Numbered from the stretch's first letter, positions 1-12,993 are shown. The stretch is 46,808 bases of DNA from Octopus bimaculoides (GCF_001194135.2 NC_068991.1:78432542-78479349); one strand, 5' to 3'. The notes: generated by a model from the sequence alone, not told the origin. A program made the numbers and translations.

Positions 1-1115
1 CATTTATTTTATTCTATTTTGTTTTATATTTGTCTATTAGATTTTTTGGTAGTTGTTGAATTTTTAGCCGTTTATATTTAACTTTTTTGTTAGGCCGTTC
101 TGTTTGTATTTTTATTTGATTATATATTTACATTGTGATTTCATGTATATGTATTTTTTATGTTTGGGAACCATGGAGCTTTTTTTTTTTTTATATATAT
201 ATGATTAAATGTTTGAGAGATTCGTGTTTTATGTAAAGTCGTTGACAGAAATTTAATGCTTGTTCCATAACCAATGCTTCTTTATCTTCGTCTCATTTAT
301 ATTTGAGCACTTCTTTTGCAGTCCTATAAACCCTTTTGTTTCGATAAAATAATACAAACATTATTTCTAGTTATATATATATATATATGTATATATATAT
401 GTATATATATATGTATATATATATGTATATATATATTCACTAATCAGGAGCAAATATTCAGGAGTCACTATTTGTATAGATATTAATATTGCTATTATTA
501 TCATTGGCAATATAAATAGTTGGTAACACCAACATTAATATAGGTGATTGTAGACATAAAATAGTATTATATGGCTATGAAATTAAAATTATATCAATAA
601 TTAGGACGCACGAATGTGACTACCTGCTAAAGATAAGAGGTAAAACCCTCGTTCAAACCAAAAATAAAACTGAAAATAATGGAATCAATAGTATATGTAT
701 AATAAATGCCAAATCGAATTTGTGTGTCAGTGTGTCACTCTTTGACCCTCTCTCACTATTAAATGACACTTCTACTATTCCTCCTGCTGGAGTGAGTAAT
801 AGTAGGCTTGGAAACGGTGAGGGCGGTAGTAGATTGAAAGTTGAGATGGTAGTGGGTTGATAGTAATAGTATGAGCTGTAGTTGTGATAGAGGTGATGAT
901 GGTGGTGGTAACTGAGGCAGTCAAGCATGACGGTGAGTGTAAGGGATGTGGAAGACAATGGTGATGGTGGAGGAGGTGAAGGCAAGGTGTTGGTGGTGGT
1001 GTCAGTCTGAATGATGTGCATATGGCAGTTGTGGTGACGATGGTGATTGTACCGGTGATGGTTGAAAACAATCGTGTATATATATATATATATATATATA
1101 TGATGGTTGAAAACA

Positions 1116-1152
<37 letters not shown>

Positions 1153-1154
1153 GC

Positions 1155-1187
<33 letters not shown>

Positions 1188-1868
1188 CAGAGAGAGGTTA
1201 GACAGGAAAAAATTGCACTCATCCTCCGAATAAGAAAAGGAAATGTTTATCATGAAGCTTTGCAATAAGTTCCAAGTCGACAAATTATAGTTCTGACGAA
1301 AATTGTTCATTGCTTGAAAAATATTGGTCATGTTTNNNNNNNNNNNNNNNNNNNNNNNNNNNNNNNNNNNNNNNNNNNNNNNNNNNNNNNNNNNNNNNNN
1401 NNNNNNNNNNNNNNNNNNNNNNNNNNNNNNNNNNNNNNNNNNNNNNNNNNNNNNNNNNNNNNNNNNNNNNNNNNNNNNNNNNNNNNNNNNNNNNNNNNNN
1501 NNNNNNNNNNNNNNNNNNNNNNNNNNNNNNNNNNNNNNNNNNNNNNNNNNNNNNNNNNNNNNNNNNNNNNNNNNNNNNNNNNNNNNNNNNNNNNNNNNNN
1601 NNNNNNNNNNNNNNNNNNNNNNNNNNNNNNNNNNNNNNNNNNNNNNNNNNNNNNNNNNNNNNNNNNNNNNNNNNNNNNNNNNNNNNNNNNNNNNNNNNNN
1701 NNNNNNNNNNNNNNNNNNNNNNNNNNNNNNNNNNNNTATATTTCGACTGTATAAAGGAAACGGCTTTTAAAAAAGAAATGGTTGAGTTTTATAAGTTATA
1801 ACAGTATTCCCATGATCCTCTGTGATCATTTTGGAAAGTGCACGCGAATAACATCTTTTCCGTTTTAT

Positions 1869-1913
1869 TTCATTCTGATGATGAGACCAAAAATGTCTTG
1901 AAATGTTAATGGA
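1869..1913 (+). ncRNA. Minimal hammerhead-ribozyme-like motif of PLE type, slightly decayed
   Basis: UUCAUU-CUGAUGA-U-GAGAC(CAAAAAU)GUCUU-GAAA-UGU-U-AAUGGA. Stem I is 6 bp and stem II is 5 bp; the residual stem III is AU/GU. Confidence 0.6.
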
Positions 1914-2824
1914 CTTGTAATAGATACGGAAATGCTATTGCACCATAGTTAGCATAATGAGATAATAAAAAAAATCCTTAACAAAAAGGACTAAACTCAA
2001 ACATAATCTTAAGTAACACACACGCACGCACGCACGCACGCACGCACGCGCGAAACTGATCCTTACATTTTGCCAGGCATACATTTATGCATTAAATATA
2101 TTTTATCCGCTCCCAAATTTCCTTTATTCTAACCAGACACAGGTACTTTCTAAATTTGCCAAACCCTCGAATCGCACACACACACGTATTAATTTTCGTC
2201 AGCATTTCAGTGTTATTTTCAGTAAAGTATAGTGATGCTACCTTCTTCCTCTTTCCCAACGGGCAGCTTTTACTTAGAAAGACATTCCCGTCAGAATTTC
2301 TCTATTAGAGCGTTCGAGTTCTGCGCGATCGGATTCGTATTCGTAACGCGAGTATATTGTCTTAATTGCAGCTCTGCGTTGCAATATGAGAATTGCTGTC
2401 ATAATCAAGCGTTCATTTCTATTGGGAATTTTAGAAATTATGGATGTACTTTCTCTGAATATTTTGCTATTTCACTTTGTTTTATGGAGTTTTGTGTTGT
2501 ATGTTGGTTGCTGTGATTGTTCTTAATCTGTCTGTTTGTCTGTTTAACCATATTATTCATGTTTTATTATAATGAATTGCGGTGCCTTTTTGTTGTGAAA
2601 TCATGGTAACTGACAAGAAAGGTCATACCACTTTGTCAGGTGAACATCACACACACAAAAGTAGTATATGATTTAAAATATATATTTATATGCTTTCGGT
2701 CCCATATATATATATATATATAATATTAGGGACAAAATCCAAAATTACAGGCAAAAAACTCAATTAAAATCAATTTATAAAAAATTAAAATTAAATTGAG
2801 CCTTATAGATAAAGTATATATAAA

Positions 2825-3386
2825 ATATATAGTTTTAGGGAAAATAACCAATTATCAAGAACTCATCGATGAAAATCCACTATCACATATAGAAAAATTA
2901 ATAATTAAAAGCACAATAAATGAGTATAATATAAAGTAAATATCATAAGATAAATATAATAAAAAGATTACACGTGTTTCATAACCAATTTTCAAATAGA
3001 AAAGAAATTTAAATCGATTAAAATCAATTGAAATTATCGAAAATAAGTTCTATTCAAAAATATAGCTACTCGTCAGATCGTAAGTAGAACAATAATTAGA
3101 TATATCTCAACCAACAATAAGTACCAAATGAATTAATATGAAATACTTATTATATAAAGATAGAAACATTATTTAAAAAATATATCAATAATAATCATTC
3201 AATAATCATCCCTTCATCCATTATAATAACATGTATATTATATACAAAAACATCTTACATAAATTATCATTGTTTTAAATACAAGTTGAATGAAGTTTAA
3301 GTTTATTGTGCTTTTAATTATTAATTTTTCTATGTGATAGTGGATTTTCATCGATGAGTTCTTGATAATTGGTTATTTTCCCTAAA

Positions 3387-3396
<10 letters not shown>
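2825..3396. repeat. Fold-back element: about 95-bp inverted repeat (2825..2920 / 3302..3396) embedded between (TA)n tracts
   Basis: Arms are reverse complements apart from a 2-nt and a 1-nt indel. AT-rich spacer of about 380 bp contains the 2966..3079 motif. Confidence 0.85.
2966..3079 (-). ncRNA. Hammerhead-like motif with 79-nt loop II and palindromic stem III
   Basis: Minus strand GAU-CUGACGA-GUAGC(79 nt)GUUAU-GAA-ACACGUGU-A-AUC. Confidence 0.45.
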
Positions 3397-3427
<31 letters not shown>

Positions 3428-4393
3428 TAGCAGAGATACCCGGCGTTGCTCGGGATTAGAATGGCATAATTCTTTTATTCTTGTATTTGTTTCAGTCATG
3501 TGTCTTAGGACATGCTGGAGCACCGCCTTTAATCAAACAAATCGACCCCCAGGGTTTATTCTTTGTAAGCCTAGTGCTTCTTGTATCGGTCTCTTTTGCC
3601 GAACCACTACAGGTTAGGCGCATGTATGGGATGTTAATTTAAGGGCGAATATTTTACTGCAATTGACTAGCAACGTTCGTTTCAACTGCAACGATAATTA
3701 TTAACTGATAATTGAACGGTAAATGTGTAAAATAACATGAACTTAGTGTTATCACGTTAGAATTGAAAGTGAACGAATAAAAGTGATACAATATTAGTGT
3801 TATCACATTAGAATTTAAACTGGAAGAATAAAAGAGAAACAATATTATTTCAAAATATAGATGTCATTGTTTCTCTTTTGACACGTAATACAGAACCAGT
3901 GTCCCGGATTAGGTAAGAAGTTGAAACGATATAAAACAGAAATATAGAAAATGGGGTGTGTTGGCAGAGTTGTTCAAGCTTCGTCTCGAATATTAAATGG
4001 TGTTTGTTCTGTTATTTGTTTCTTTGAGTTCGAATCCCGCTAACATCAACTTTACCGTTTGTCTTTTCGGGATCAATAAAATCAAGAGCGGTGGATTGGT
4101 GGAACTGTAAGAATATTGGATGGAATACTTTCCAGTATTTGTTCCGGTTCACTGAGGAAGACCTTTTTTACCATTCGATGTGAGTGGCTCAATGCAATGC
4201 GATTCTGTTATGTCTCGTGATATCAACTCGTATATTGCATTGCTAAATAAATACCTAAATTCATTTTGTGTTTATTTCGCTATTACAGGACAATAATGAA
4301 GACCCTACAAATAAACCCGAACTTCTGGAAGGGTTTTGCAAAGATTTTTTTCATCCAATTCATAAATATTTCAATATTAGGCCCTGCTATTTA

Positions 4394-4530
4394 GGCGCTG
4401 AGCTGGCAGAATCGTTAGCTTAGCAGCATTCCATCCGTCCTCAGGTTCTGAGTTCAAATTCCGCCGAGGTCGACTTTGCCTTTCATCCTTTTGAGGGTCG
4501 ATAAAATAAGTACCAGTCGAACATTGTTGT
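4394..4530 (+). mobile_element. SINE family A copy (internally deleted); older fragments at about 3955..4085 (+) and 6048..6170 (+)
   Basis: Same head, B-box and body motifs as 4833..5048. Confidence 0.8.
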
Positions 4531-4832
4531 CCTCTAAATTAAGGCCCTGTGTTACACTGGAGAGAAAATGATTAGACACAGTTGCTCTGTACATAACTCT
4601 CAAATATTTTTTCGTTAGAGGTGTATTTTGTCATAGATTTATTTTGTTAAACTTTCAAGTACAACTTCGTCAGTTTTTGTCTTGTTTACTCTCACCTTAT
4701 AAATGAGGCTTTTTAACTTAGAAAGCAATACCCTCTTCGTTCTTGTTCTTCCTATTCACATATGTCACTTCACATCTATTTCCCTCTAAGTCCGGATCCT
4801 TCTCAAGACTGATCCAGTTCTTTGATATAGAC

Positions 4833-5048
4833 ATCCTTTTCTACTCTAGGCACAAGGCCTGAAATTTTTGTGGAGGGAGCCAGTCGACTTGATCGACACC
4901 AGTACGCAACTGGTACTTTATTTATCGACCCTGAAAGGATGAAAGGCAAAGTCGACCTCGGCGGAATTTGAACTCAGAACGTAAATACAGACGAAATACC
5001 GCTAAGCATTTCGCTCGGCGCGCTAACGATTCTGCCAGCTCGCTGCCT
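4833..5048 (-). mobile_element. tRNA-headed SINE family A, full-length copy (about 215 bp)
   Basis: Head GGCAGCGAGCTGGCAGAATCGTTAG (Pol III A-box-like), GAGTTCAAATTCC (B-box-like), body gtcgactttgcctttcatcctttc...gtcgataaataaagtaccag. Many similar copies occur in the window. Confidence 0.85.
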
Positions 5049-5099
5049 TATTTGATATAGATATCGTATTCAATGTCTTGAACTGATGTTTTGGAACTT

Positions 5100-5260
5100 A
5101 GTGTGTGCGCGCGCGCACACACACACACGTGCATGTATTTATATATGTATATACATATATATATGTATATACATATATATATATGTATATACATATATAT
5201 ATGTATATACATATATATATATGTATACATATATATGTGTGTGTGTGTGTGTGTGTATAC
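5100..5260. repeat. Compound dinucleotide microsatellite (TG/CG/CA/TA), representative of dozens of similar tracts
   Basis: Direct reading. Others include 372..435, 1077..1195, 7255..7305, 10455..10620, 16560..16810, 17640..17900, 29845..29945, 39780..39955 and 40534..40595. Confidence 0.95.
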
Positions 5261-7154
5261 GTGTTCCTGTTGTGAAAGTGGATAATTAATATTTTATGAC
5301 CTGTCTTATCCCGAAACTGTTCATCTGTATAACAGTTTTTGCTGATATCACTGAAGAAATTATTTTCCGAATCAATATCATTTCTCAATGTCCTCTGATT
5401 TATATTCCATATATTTCAAAATGTTCACACTCCTAATTACATATCCTGTATGTTTTTGTTGTCTGCTGTCCTTCACTCTCTTCAACCAGAGATTTATATG
5501 GTTCATAAGAGGACATATCATAATCTATATTTAATAGCTGTGAGATTATTCCTTATTTAGTATCCTTTTCTTTTAAGCCTCATTGTATTCAATTTTTCTA
5601 ATTCCTCCTTGCGTTTAATTTCTTCTGGCGTTCTGCTGTTTGTTGCCCATACAAATCATAGATTCCTCTTTGTTTTCTTTATTCTCTCTCGGAATCGAGC
5701 CGTTCTGGCGATACCTGCCATTTTTTTTTTTGTTAAATATATGCTTAGGAAGACAACTGGCACCTTCAACTCTTTCTTATTCATTTTTAGAGAAGTTACA
5801 TTTTATACTTCTTGTTTGCGAACATTAAACATAATTATTTAGATAAAGAAAACCTCTTTCCTCCTCATCCTCAACTCCACCTCCGCGCCCTCCTTTCCTC
5901 TTCCGCGCTCTCCATTCCTCCACCTTTATTATTTAGTTTTTCTTCCTTTAGGTTTGTTTCCATTTCTTGCTGAGTGTCTTCCCGACACCAAAGGCGAAGA
6001 AACTCACTGAATACATCGATAGGCCATTAAAATAAATAAATTCCACTACAGTCGAGTTTGCTTTTTATTCTTTCGGGGCTGATAAAATAAGTACCAGTTA
6101 AGCATTAGGGGTCAATGTAATCGACGAGATCCCTACCCTTAAAGTGCAAGATTTGCAAACGATATTATTATTATTTTCAGTTTACCAGAATTGAAATTTT
6201 GTTTTTTGCAATTGAAAGGCGTCACATGTTTTACGAAGCTTTATGCTATCTCCCAAGTTTGCAGAAAAGCAGGCAGCTGATTCTTAACAGTTCAAGTTGC
6301 TTTGCTACTTACCGTTCTTGTCCTAATGTTATTTGATCTCCAGTCTATATTCCATTCTTGTGTACTTCTTCAAAAAACGACCCTTCATTACTCTTCACCA
6401 TTCTGCAGGCTTTGGTCTTTTAACCTGAGGGCCCAACAAATCTGTTATTCTCTTTCTGCTGTAGCCTGACCACCGTCAATTTCTTCATTAAACAATCAAC
6501 TCTTATATATATATTCAGCTTTTTCAGCTGTATTCTTTTTCTGTCTCATATAGCTTTACTTTTGTGAAAATAAAGCGCGAGTTAATATTAAAAATTCTAT
6601 TTTCTGAATATTCTAATTTCTTAATATTTATTTTGACTACTGGAATCTTTCTTTCCTTTGTAATGCTAATGTTTTGACAAGATTTTTCATAAATTTCCTT
6701 ACGCAAAACTTTCTTCTGGATATTCTCATATTTAGCAAAACGTTTTTATTCTTCCCCAAATAAATATTTGTATACCACCGTTAAGGGAGTTAATTCCCAC
6801 CATTCTCAACCGTAGCCACGTTAACAAAATTCTGTATTCTGGATTAAACAAATAACAATATCCCTTTACTTTTAATATTAAGTTTCAACAAACGTAGTTT
6901 TATTCTCCCTCTTGACGCCTTCATAAAGAAACTGACGTCACCAAAGTCAAATTTCCTTCTGCTAAATTTGCCCAAGCAGAGGCAATTTGAAAACAGTTAC
7001 AGCCATGTTCATCACATTTAGGATATCTTTTAAGACGATTTCCATCTTAAACACACACGCATGCACACACTTACGCACAAACACACACAATGGTTGAAAG
7101 TGACTGCAAAACTTCGCTCACATACACAAATAAATATACATACATACATATATA

Positions 7155-7250
7155 GGTGTGGCAGTGTGGTAATAAATTTGCTTAAGTACATGGTTGTCGG
7201 TTCAGTCCTACTACATGGTACCTTGGGCAAGTGTCTTCTAATATAGCCTT
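7155..7250 (+). mobile_element. SINE family B 5' fragment
   Basis: ggtgtggcagtgtggtaa...ggttcagtcc...ccttgggcaagtgtcttctaatatagcc. Confidence 0.75.
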
Positions 7251-7254
7251 CTAA

Positions 7255-7292
<38 letters not shown>

Positions 7293-8989
7293 GCGCGCGC
7301 GCATATACATACCTACAGACATATATTTATGTACATGTACAAATGTGTGTGTGTGTTTGACTTGAAGTGGCGTAATGTCTGAGAGGTGGGAGAATTGTAT
7401 CGTGTGCGATTTATAGCAAATGGTGGTACTAAAGCTGTGGTTGGGTGACTTAACAGAAGCCGAGATGGAAATGGTGTGATGGTGGTTGAAAGAAGGTGAA
7501 GATCGTTTGGAGAGCGAGTCGGTTGCGAATGGGGAATGAAAGGACTTGAATTGCTGAGGACTGTGGAAAAGTGAGTTTAGTTCTGAAGTCACTAAGGACT
7601 ATTAACCCCCAAAGAGATCAAATAGAACAGATGTTCCTTGATGAATGAAAAGATATAAGCGAAGAATTGTTGAAAGCTGTAGGAGTTCGGAGTGTAGTAG
7701 GCGGATCCGAGTGCGAGTATATTTTGAGTGACTGAAGTGAGGGGAGGAACACTTTGAATAGACGTCCTTGTAATCTGAAAGCAACGAAGGTTAGTGCTAG
7801 CGGGGCTGGGGCGAGGCAGTGCTGTCTAAATAACGGTAGACGGCGTCTTTCTGAGTGAAGTTTGAGTGAAGTGTATAACATGAACTCCAGAAACCGATCC
7901 TACATAAAGGGTAAGAGATTCGTGTCTAGGAGAGCAACATGGCGTTTAGTTTTGGCGTAATTAAGAGATGAATAATGTCGTGGATCGATCGGAATCAGCC
8001 AATATTACAAAAGAGGCGAGAAATTTGCAGAACGTCTTTAATGTTATGATTTTGGCATCTAAGTAAGGGAAAAGTGTATCGGTATGAGATGAGGTTAGGA
8101 TTCTAGATGGGTACCTGATCTAAAACTGTACAATAGAAGGAACTCCATAAAAGTCGACCGCTCACAGCGCAGGTGTTTCAAATCGGGTTGTACTCTGTCT
8201 GCTTTGCAAACTAAATGTAAAAGAACAGAGACCGACTACCTCCTCTTCCCCGTTCACAACAACACTATATCAGACGATATAGCATAATTTATAAGATGAC
8301 CGAAGGTGAAACAGTCTGAAGTATATATGTGATTGCGTGAACGTATGTGTATGTTAGTTCATGAGTGTGTAAATGCATTTGTGTGTATGAGATTGCGAAT
8401 AAATCTGTGTGTGTGTAACTTATGCGTGAATTCGTGTGTGCGCGCGCGTCTGCTACTCGTGAATTTGTGTGTATGTGTGTGCATACATGTCTGCGTATAC
8501 AAGTGTATGTATATATAAGCATGTATAGGTGTAAGTAAATTCGCGCAACTAATGCATTCGGCTGAACTGCGGCTGCTTGTCTTCCGATGATTTTGGAAAC
8601 TGTTAAAGTCTGTTTCAAATTACAAACCAGATCGTGACTCATTATCTGTCTGCAATGAAACTGGGTCATCAAACAGACTTTAAACGTAGTCAAATGTCAA
8701 GTCTTCTGGGGAGGAAGCAAATTTGTAACAAGCCACAAAGAAAACTTGGAAAATATCCCAAAACCAAGGACTGTAATTTATGTATTATGTGTTATACAGT
8801 ATTATATAGTAACGGGGGCATCAACCATTAGATATCACTGGTTTTATATTTGTGATAATGCTCTTGGTTATGACAGGACCAGTTCACCATTTCAAGATTG
8901 AAAATATCTTGTTTCAAAAATATATACATAAACACATCCTGTCTAGAAAAGGGTATTTTGTTGGTGTTGCTGCTGCTGCTGTTGTTGTT

Positions 8990-9023
<34 letters not shown>

Positions 9024-9159
9024 CTGATTGTTATGATAAACACCGACGACGACAACAATGAAGCTCATACTTATGACGACGGTGATGATCGTGGTGATGG
9101 CATTGTCAGCACCAGTTATGAAGAGGCGGTGACACACACACTTGCAAGTTTTACACATA

Positions 9160-9578
9160 CAGCACAAGCAAGTACACACATACGATGAGCTTCCACACAG
9201 TTTCTACCAAATTGACTTGCATGTCGGTCCGGGACTAGAGTCGTAGACTCTTGCCCAAGATGCCGCGCCTTGGGACTGAACCCAAAGCGAAGAGGTTGCA
9301 AGGCAAGATTCTTAACTACATAGTAATGTCTGCGCCTAGATATACATATCCATATTTATGCGCTTGGATTTGCAAACAAGGAAAATAAGTGCTTTATTCA
9401 AATACATATTTAGGCGAAGGCACGACTGAGGTGTAAGAAGTTTTCTTGTCGATCTCATGTTTCCGGGTTCAGTCCCACTGCGAGGCACTTTGGGATAGTA
9501 TTTTCTACTATAGCTCCAGACCAACCAAAGCCTTGTGAATGGATTTGGTAGACGGAAACTGAAAGAAGCCCGTCATGT

Positions 9579-9615
<37 letters not shown>

Positions 9616-9780
9616 TGCCTCCCACCACTTGATAACCGTTGTTAGTTTACGTCCCGATAACTTAGCAGTTTGGACCTTGAAAAAATAAGTACTGGTGTGT
9701 ATTTGTTCGACCGAAACCCTTCAGTGTGGTGCTCCAACATGACCACAGTCGAATGCCTGAAACCAGTAAAAGATAAGACA
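9160..9780. mobile_element. Two SINE family B copies head-to-head: about 9160..9337 (-) and 9414..9780 (+)
   Basis: Both match the 39957 copy; the 5' ends are about 77 bp apart and point away from each other. Confidence 0.8.
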
Positions 9781-10829
9781 CGAAAAAATATATAAGATTT
9801 AGATATATTCATGTTTGTTTTTGAAATTGCAAACAAGAGAGAGAAATACTTGCCTCATGAGCAGAGAATTATTCCTTCACTCGAAGCTGAATCTAGTTTC
9901 GCTCCTCCCAATTTCTTCATGCGCAATATCACGAAGTCTTTAACAGTGAAGAAATTCACTCACTTGGGTCATGATTATATGTTATAAGATTTTAGTTCAA
10001 TGTGGCATCTTGGCAACTATTTCTACTTGTTGAGGCAGCAATCCTTTACTTTAACACATAAAAAAAATACCTTTGTCGGGCCGCGTGGTGCAATTTTCTT
10101 TCGCAGCCATTTTAACGCTGAATAAAAGCCAAAAAACTCAAGACGCTTCAGAAACAAACATCGCATAATTTTACCGACTTCCACTTGTAGCAGGAACTGA
10201 CTGCCGCTTAATCAACCACAGCAACAACGCTAATTAATCATAATGGTAATGTTTACCAAACAACCACACCCAAAAATCACAGCACATATCACGAAAGGCG
10301 CAAGTGCAACGAATTCTTTGTAATTTCAGACAGGAAATTTTTGCAAGTCAGCGCGAAGATTGTTGTACAAGAAATGAGAAATTTCAAGATGGTGAAGGTG
10401 GTGGGGGATGGGATTTTTTAGCATTCGAATGAATATATGAACGCCAACGCATAAGTACACACACACACACACACACTCACACTCACACAGGCATAAGTAT
10501 GTATGTATATATGTGTGTGTGTGCGTGTGTATATGTGTATATATATATAAATGCATGCACATATATATGTATTTATGTGCATATGTATGTATCTATCTGT
10601 ATATACATGAATATTGCGAGATAGAGAGAGAAATGAGTTTGAAATCTCTAAACTTCGCAACGCTGATATCAGTTTTTGTAGGTAGACAGATAAATAATAG
10701 ATAGACAGATGGATAGATAAAGTGAGCATCGCTTCACCGCATGAATTCGTTAATATGATGTAGAATCTACTCTCATGCAAAAGTATTTCTATTTATTTGC
10801 CTAAGGTGGTTATTTCGTTTTGTTTTTGG

Positions 10830-11190
10830 GGAGGAAGGCAGCCAGGTGAAGCTGATTCCATCGACCTCAGTACTTGATTGGTACCTTATTTTATTGGCCC
10901 CGGTATGATGAAGGCAAAGTCGACTACGGCGGAATCTGAACTCAGAGCGTAAGAAGCCGGGAGAAATGCTGTTGAGTATTTTGTTCGACGCTCTAACGAT
11001 TCCTTTAGCGATTTCTAATTTTGACACAACGCTAGCAATTTTATCGGGAGAGGGTTAGTCGATTGAATTGATTCCAGTACTTGACTGATATTCTATTTAA
11101 GCGGCCTCATAACACGAAATTGTCTCGGTGGGGATTGAACTGAGAACATAAAAATTTTGTTCGACACGCTAACGATTCAGCAAGCTCGTA
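10830..11190 (-). mobile_element. Two adjacent degenerate SINE family A copies (about 10830..11010 and 11030..11190)
   Basis: Both contain the reverse complement of the head (cgctctaacgattc / cacgctaacgattc) and B-box (tgaactcaga / tgaactgaga). Confidence 0.75.
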
Positions 11191-11717
11191 GTTGATGGTG
11201 GCGATGATGATCATCATCAAAGGGGCGCAGAGGAAGCTGAGATATCAAATGAAAGAATTCTCATTGAATAAATTGTTTAGAATTTTCTGTAGTAGGAACT
11301 CAAATGATAATGGCTGCAGTTCTAAATGGAGAGAGAGAGCGATCGATCACCATTCAGTTGAAACTGCACTCATCTAACGGATGGCCATGCACAAAGAGAG
11401 CAACTAAGACCCTAACCCTTTTATAATATAAACAAAATACCAACAATAAGATCACTAAATACTTTCTAGCATGCGTTGATGCAACGAAATAACCTTGTCA
11501 ACCATGTAACTTTGTCCATTTAATAATTTCTTCCTTCTTTATATCGATTTTTCTATGATTTTGTTCCGTAAAGTATGAGGGAAAATATGAATCTAATATT
11601 TTTCAAAGTCAAAATGCCAATCGACAATTTTACATTTGTTTATCTCTTCAAAAACTGCGGAGTTTATACAGCACGCAATGTCCGCACTAAACGGCACATT
11701 ATTATACATGTTCATGA

Positions 11718-11936
11718 AGGCGGCGCGCTGGTAAAATCGTTATCATACCGGGTGAAATGGTTAGCGGTATTTCGCTTATCGCTACGTTCTGAGTTCAAAT
11801 TCAACCGGGGTCGACTTTGCCTTTTACCCTTTCGGGGTCGATAAATTAAGTACCAGTCAAGTACTGGTGTCGATGTAATCGCCTTACCCCCCTCCCCCCA
11901 CAAAATTTCAGGCCTTGTCTTATAGTGGAAAGGGTT
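11718..11936 (+). mobile_element. SINE family A, full length
   Basis: aggcggcgcgctggtaaaatcgtta...gagttcaaattc...gtcgactttgcc...aaatttcaggccttgt. Confidence 0.85.
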
Positions 11937-12952
11937 AAACATGTACGCATGCATATATTCACACACATACATAGTCACACACGCATATATATATATATAT
12001 ATATANNNNNNNNNNNNNNNNNNNNNNNNNNNNNNNNNNNNNNNNNNNNNNNNNNNNNNNNNNNNNNNNNNNNNNNNNNNNNNNNNNNNNNNNNNNNNNN
12101 NNNNNNNNNNNNNNNNNNNNNNNNNNNNNNNNNNNNNNNNNNNNNNNNNNNNNNNNNNNNNNNNNNNNNNNNNNNNNNNNNNNNNNNNNNNNNNNNNNNN
12201 NNNNNNNNNNNNNNNNNNNNNNNNNNNNNNNNNNNNNNNNNNNNNNNNNNNNNNNNNNNNNNNNNNNNNNNNNNNNNNNNNNNNNNNNNNNNNNNNNNNN
12301 NNNNNNNNNNNNNNNNNNNNNNNNNNNNNNNNNNNNNNNNNNNNNNNNNNNNNNNNNNNNNNNNNNNNNNNNNNNNNNNNNNNNNNNNNNNNNNNNNNNN
12401 NNNNNNNNNNNNNNNNNNNNNNNNNNNNNNNNNNNNNNNNNNNNNNNNNNNNNNNACATCATATCATGCTTAGAAGCGTTGCATTTTATGTGAATTTTTT
12501 GACTTGGGTCCATATTTTGAAATGTTTTACCTGAAGATGTTACGTAAGAGATGAAATTTATTTCTCTTGAAAAATGATCTGAAACATGTGTAATAAACGC
12601 ATTCAAATTATCAGTGTTTACTTTTTACTTTGAATAAGGGGTCAACCTATTTTTTTATGCATTCATATATTTCTTTTTGTATTTACTTTTCGATAGTCTA
12701 TATACAATAACCATTGATGAAATTTGAAGTTCATTTAACAATTGAAATAATAGCGAGAAATGAATGTTTTTATCCTGATAAGAACAATATGCATGAACTG
12801 AATAAAGGGATCGATATAAGCGTAAAGGCTCAAAATTTAAGAAAGTTATTGACGATCCATCACTTCGAATTTTCGCCGGTCGCTAGCTTTTTCGGTGTAT
12901 TTACTTAGCTATGACTCAACCTGAGATTATGTAAAAACTGATTCAATTAGTT

Positions 12953-12993
<41 letters not shown>

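Noticed and set aside
4645-4678. Minus-strand CUGACGA...GAAA string
   Set aside because: Stem I cannot form (A-rich on both sides) and stem II is out of register.
6200-7030. Complex non-repetitive stretch possibly a decayed coding remnant (similar doubts for 13490..13800 and 35720..36050)
   Set aside because: Frequent stops in all frames examined, no recognisable domain and no convincing splice pair.
7380-8200. G-rich complex stretch that might be an ancient LINE 3' region on the minus strand
   Set aside because: No motif could be read with confidence; would need TBLASTX against repeat libraries.
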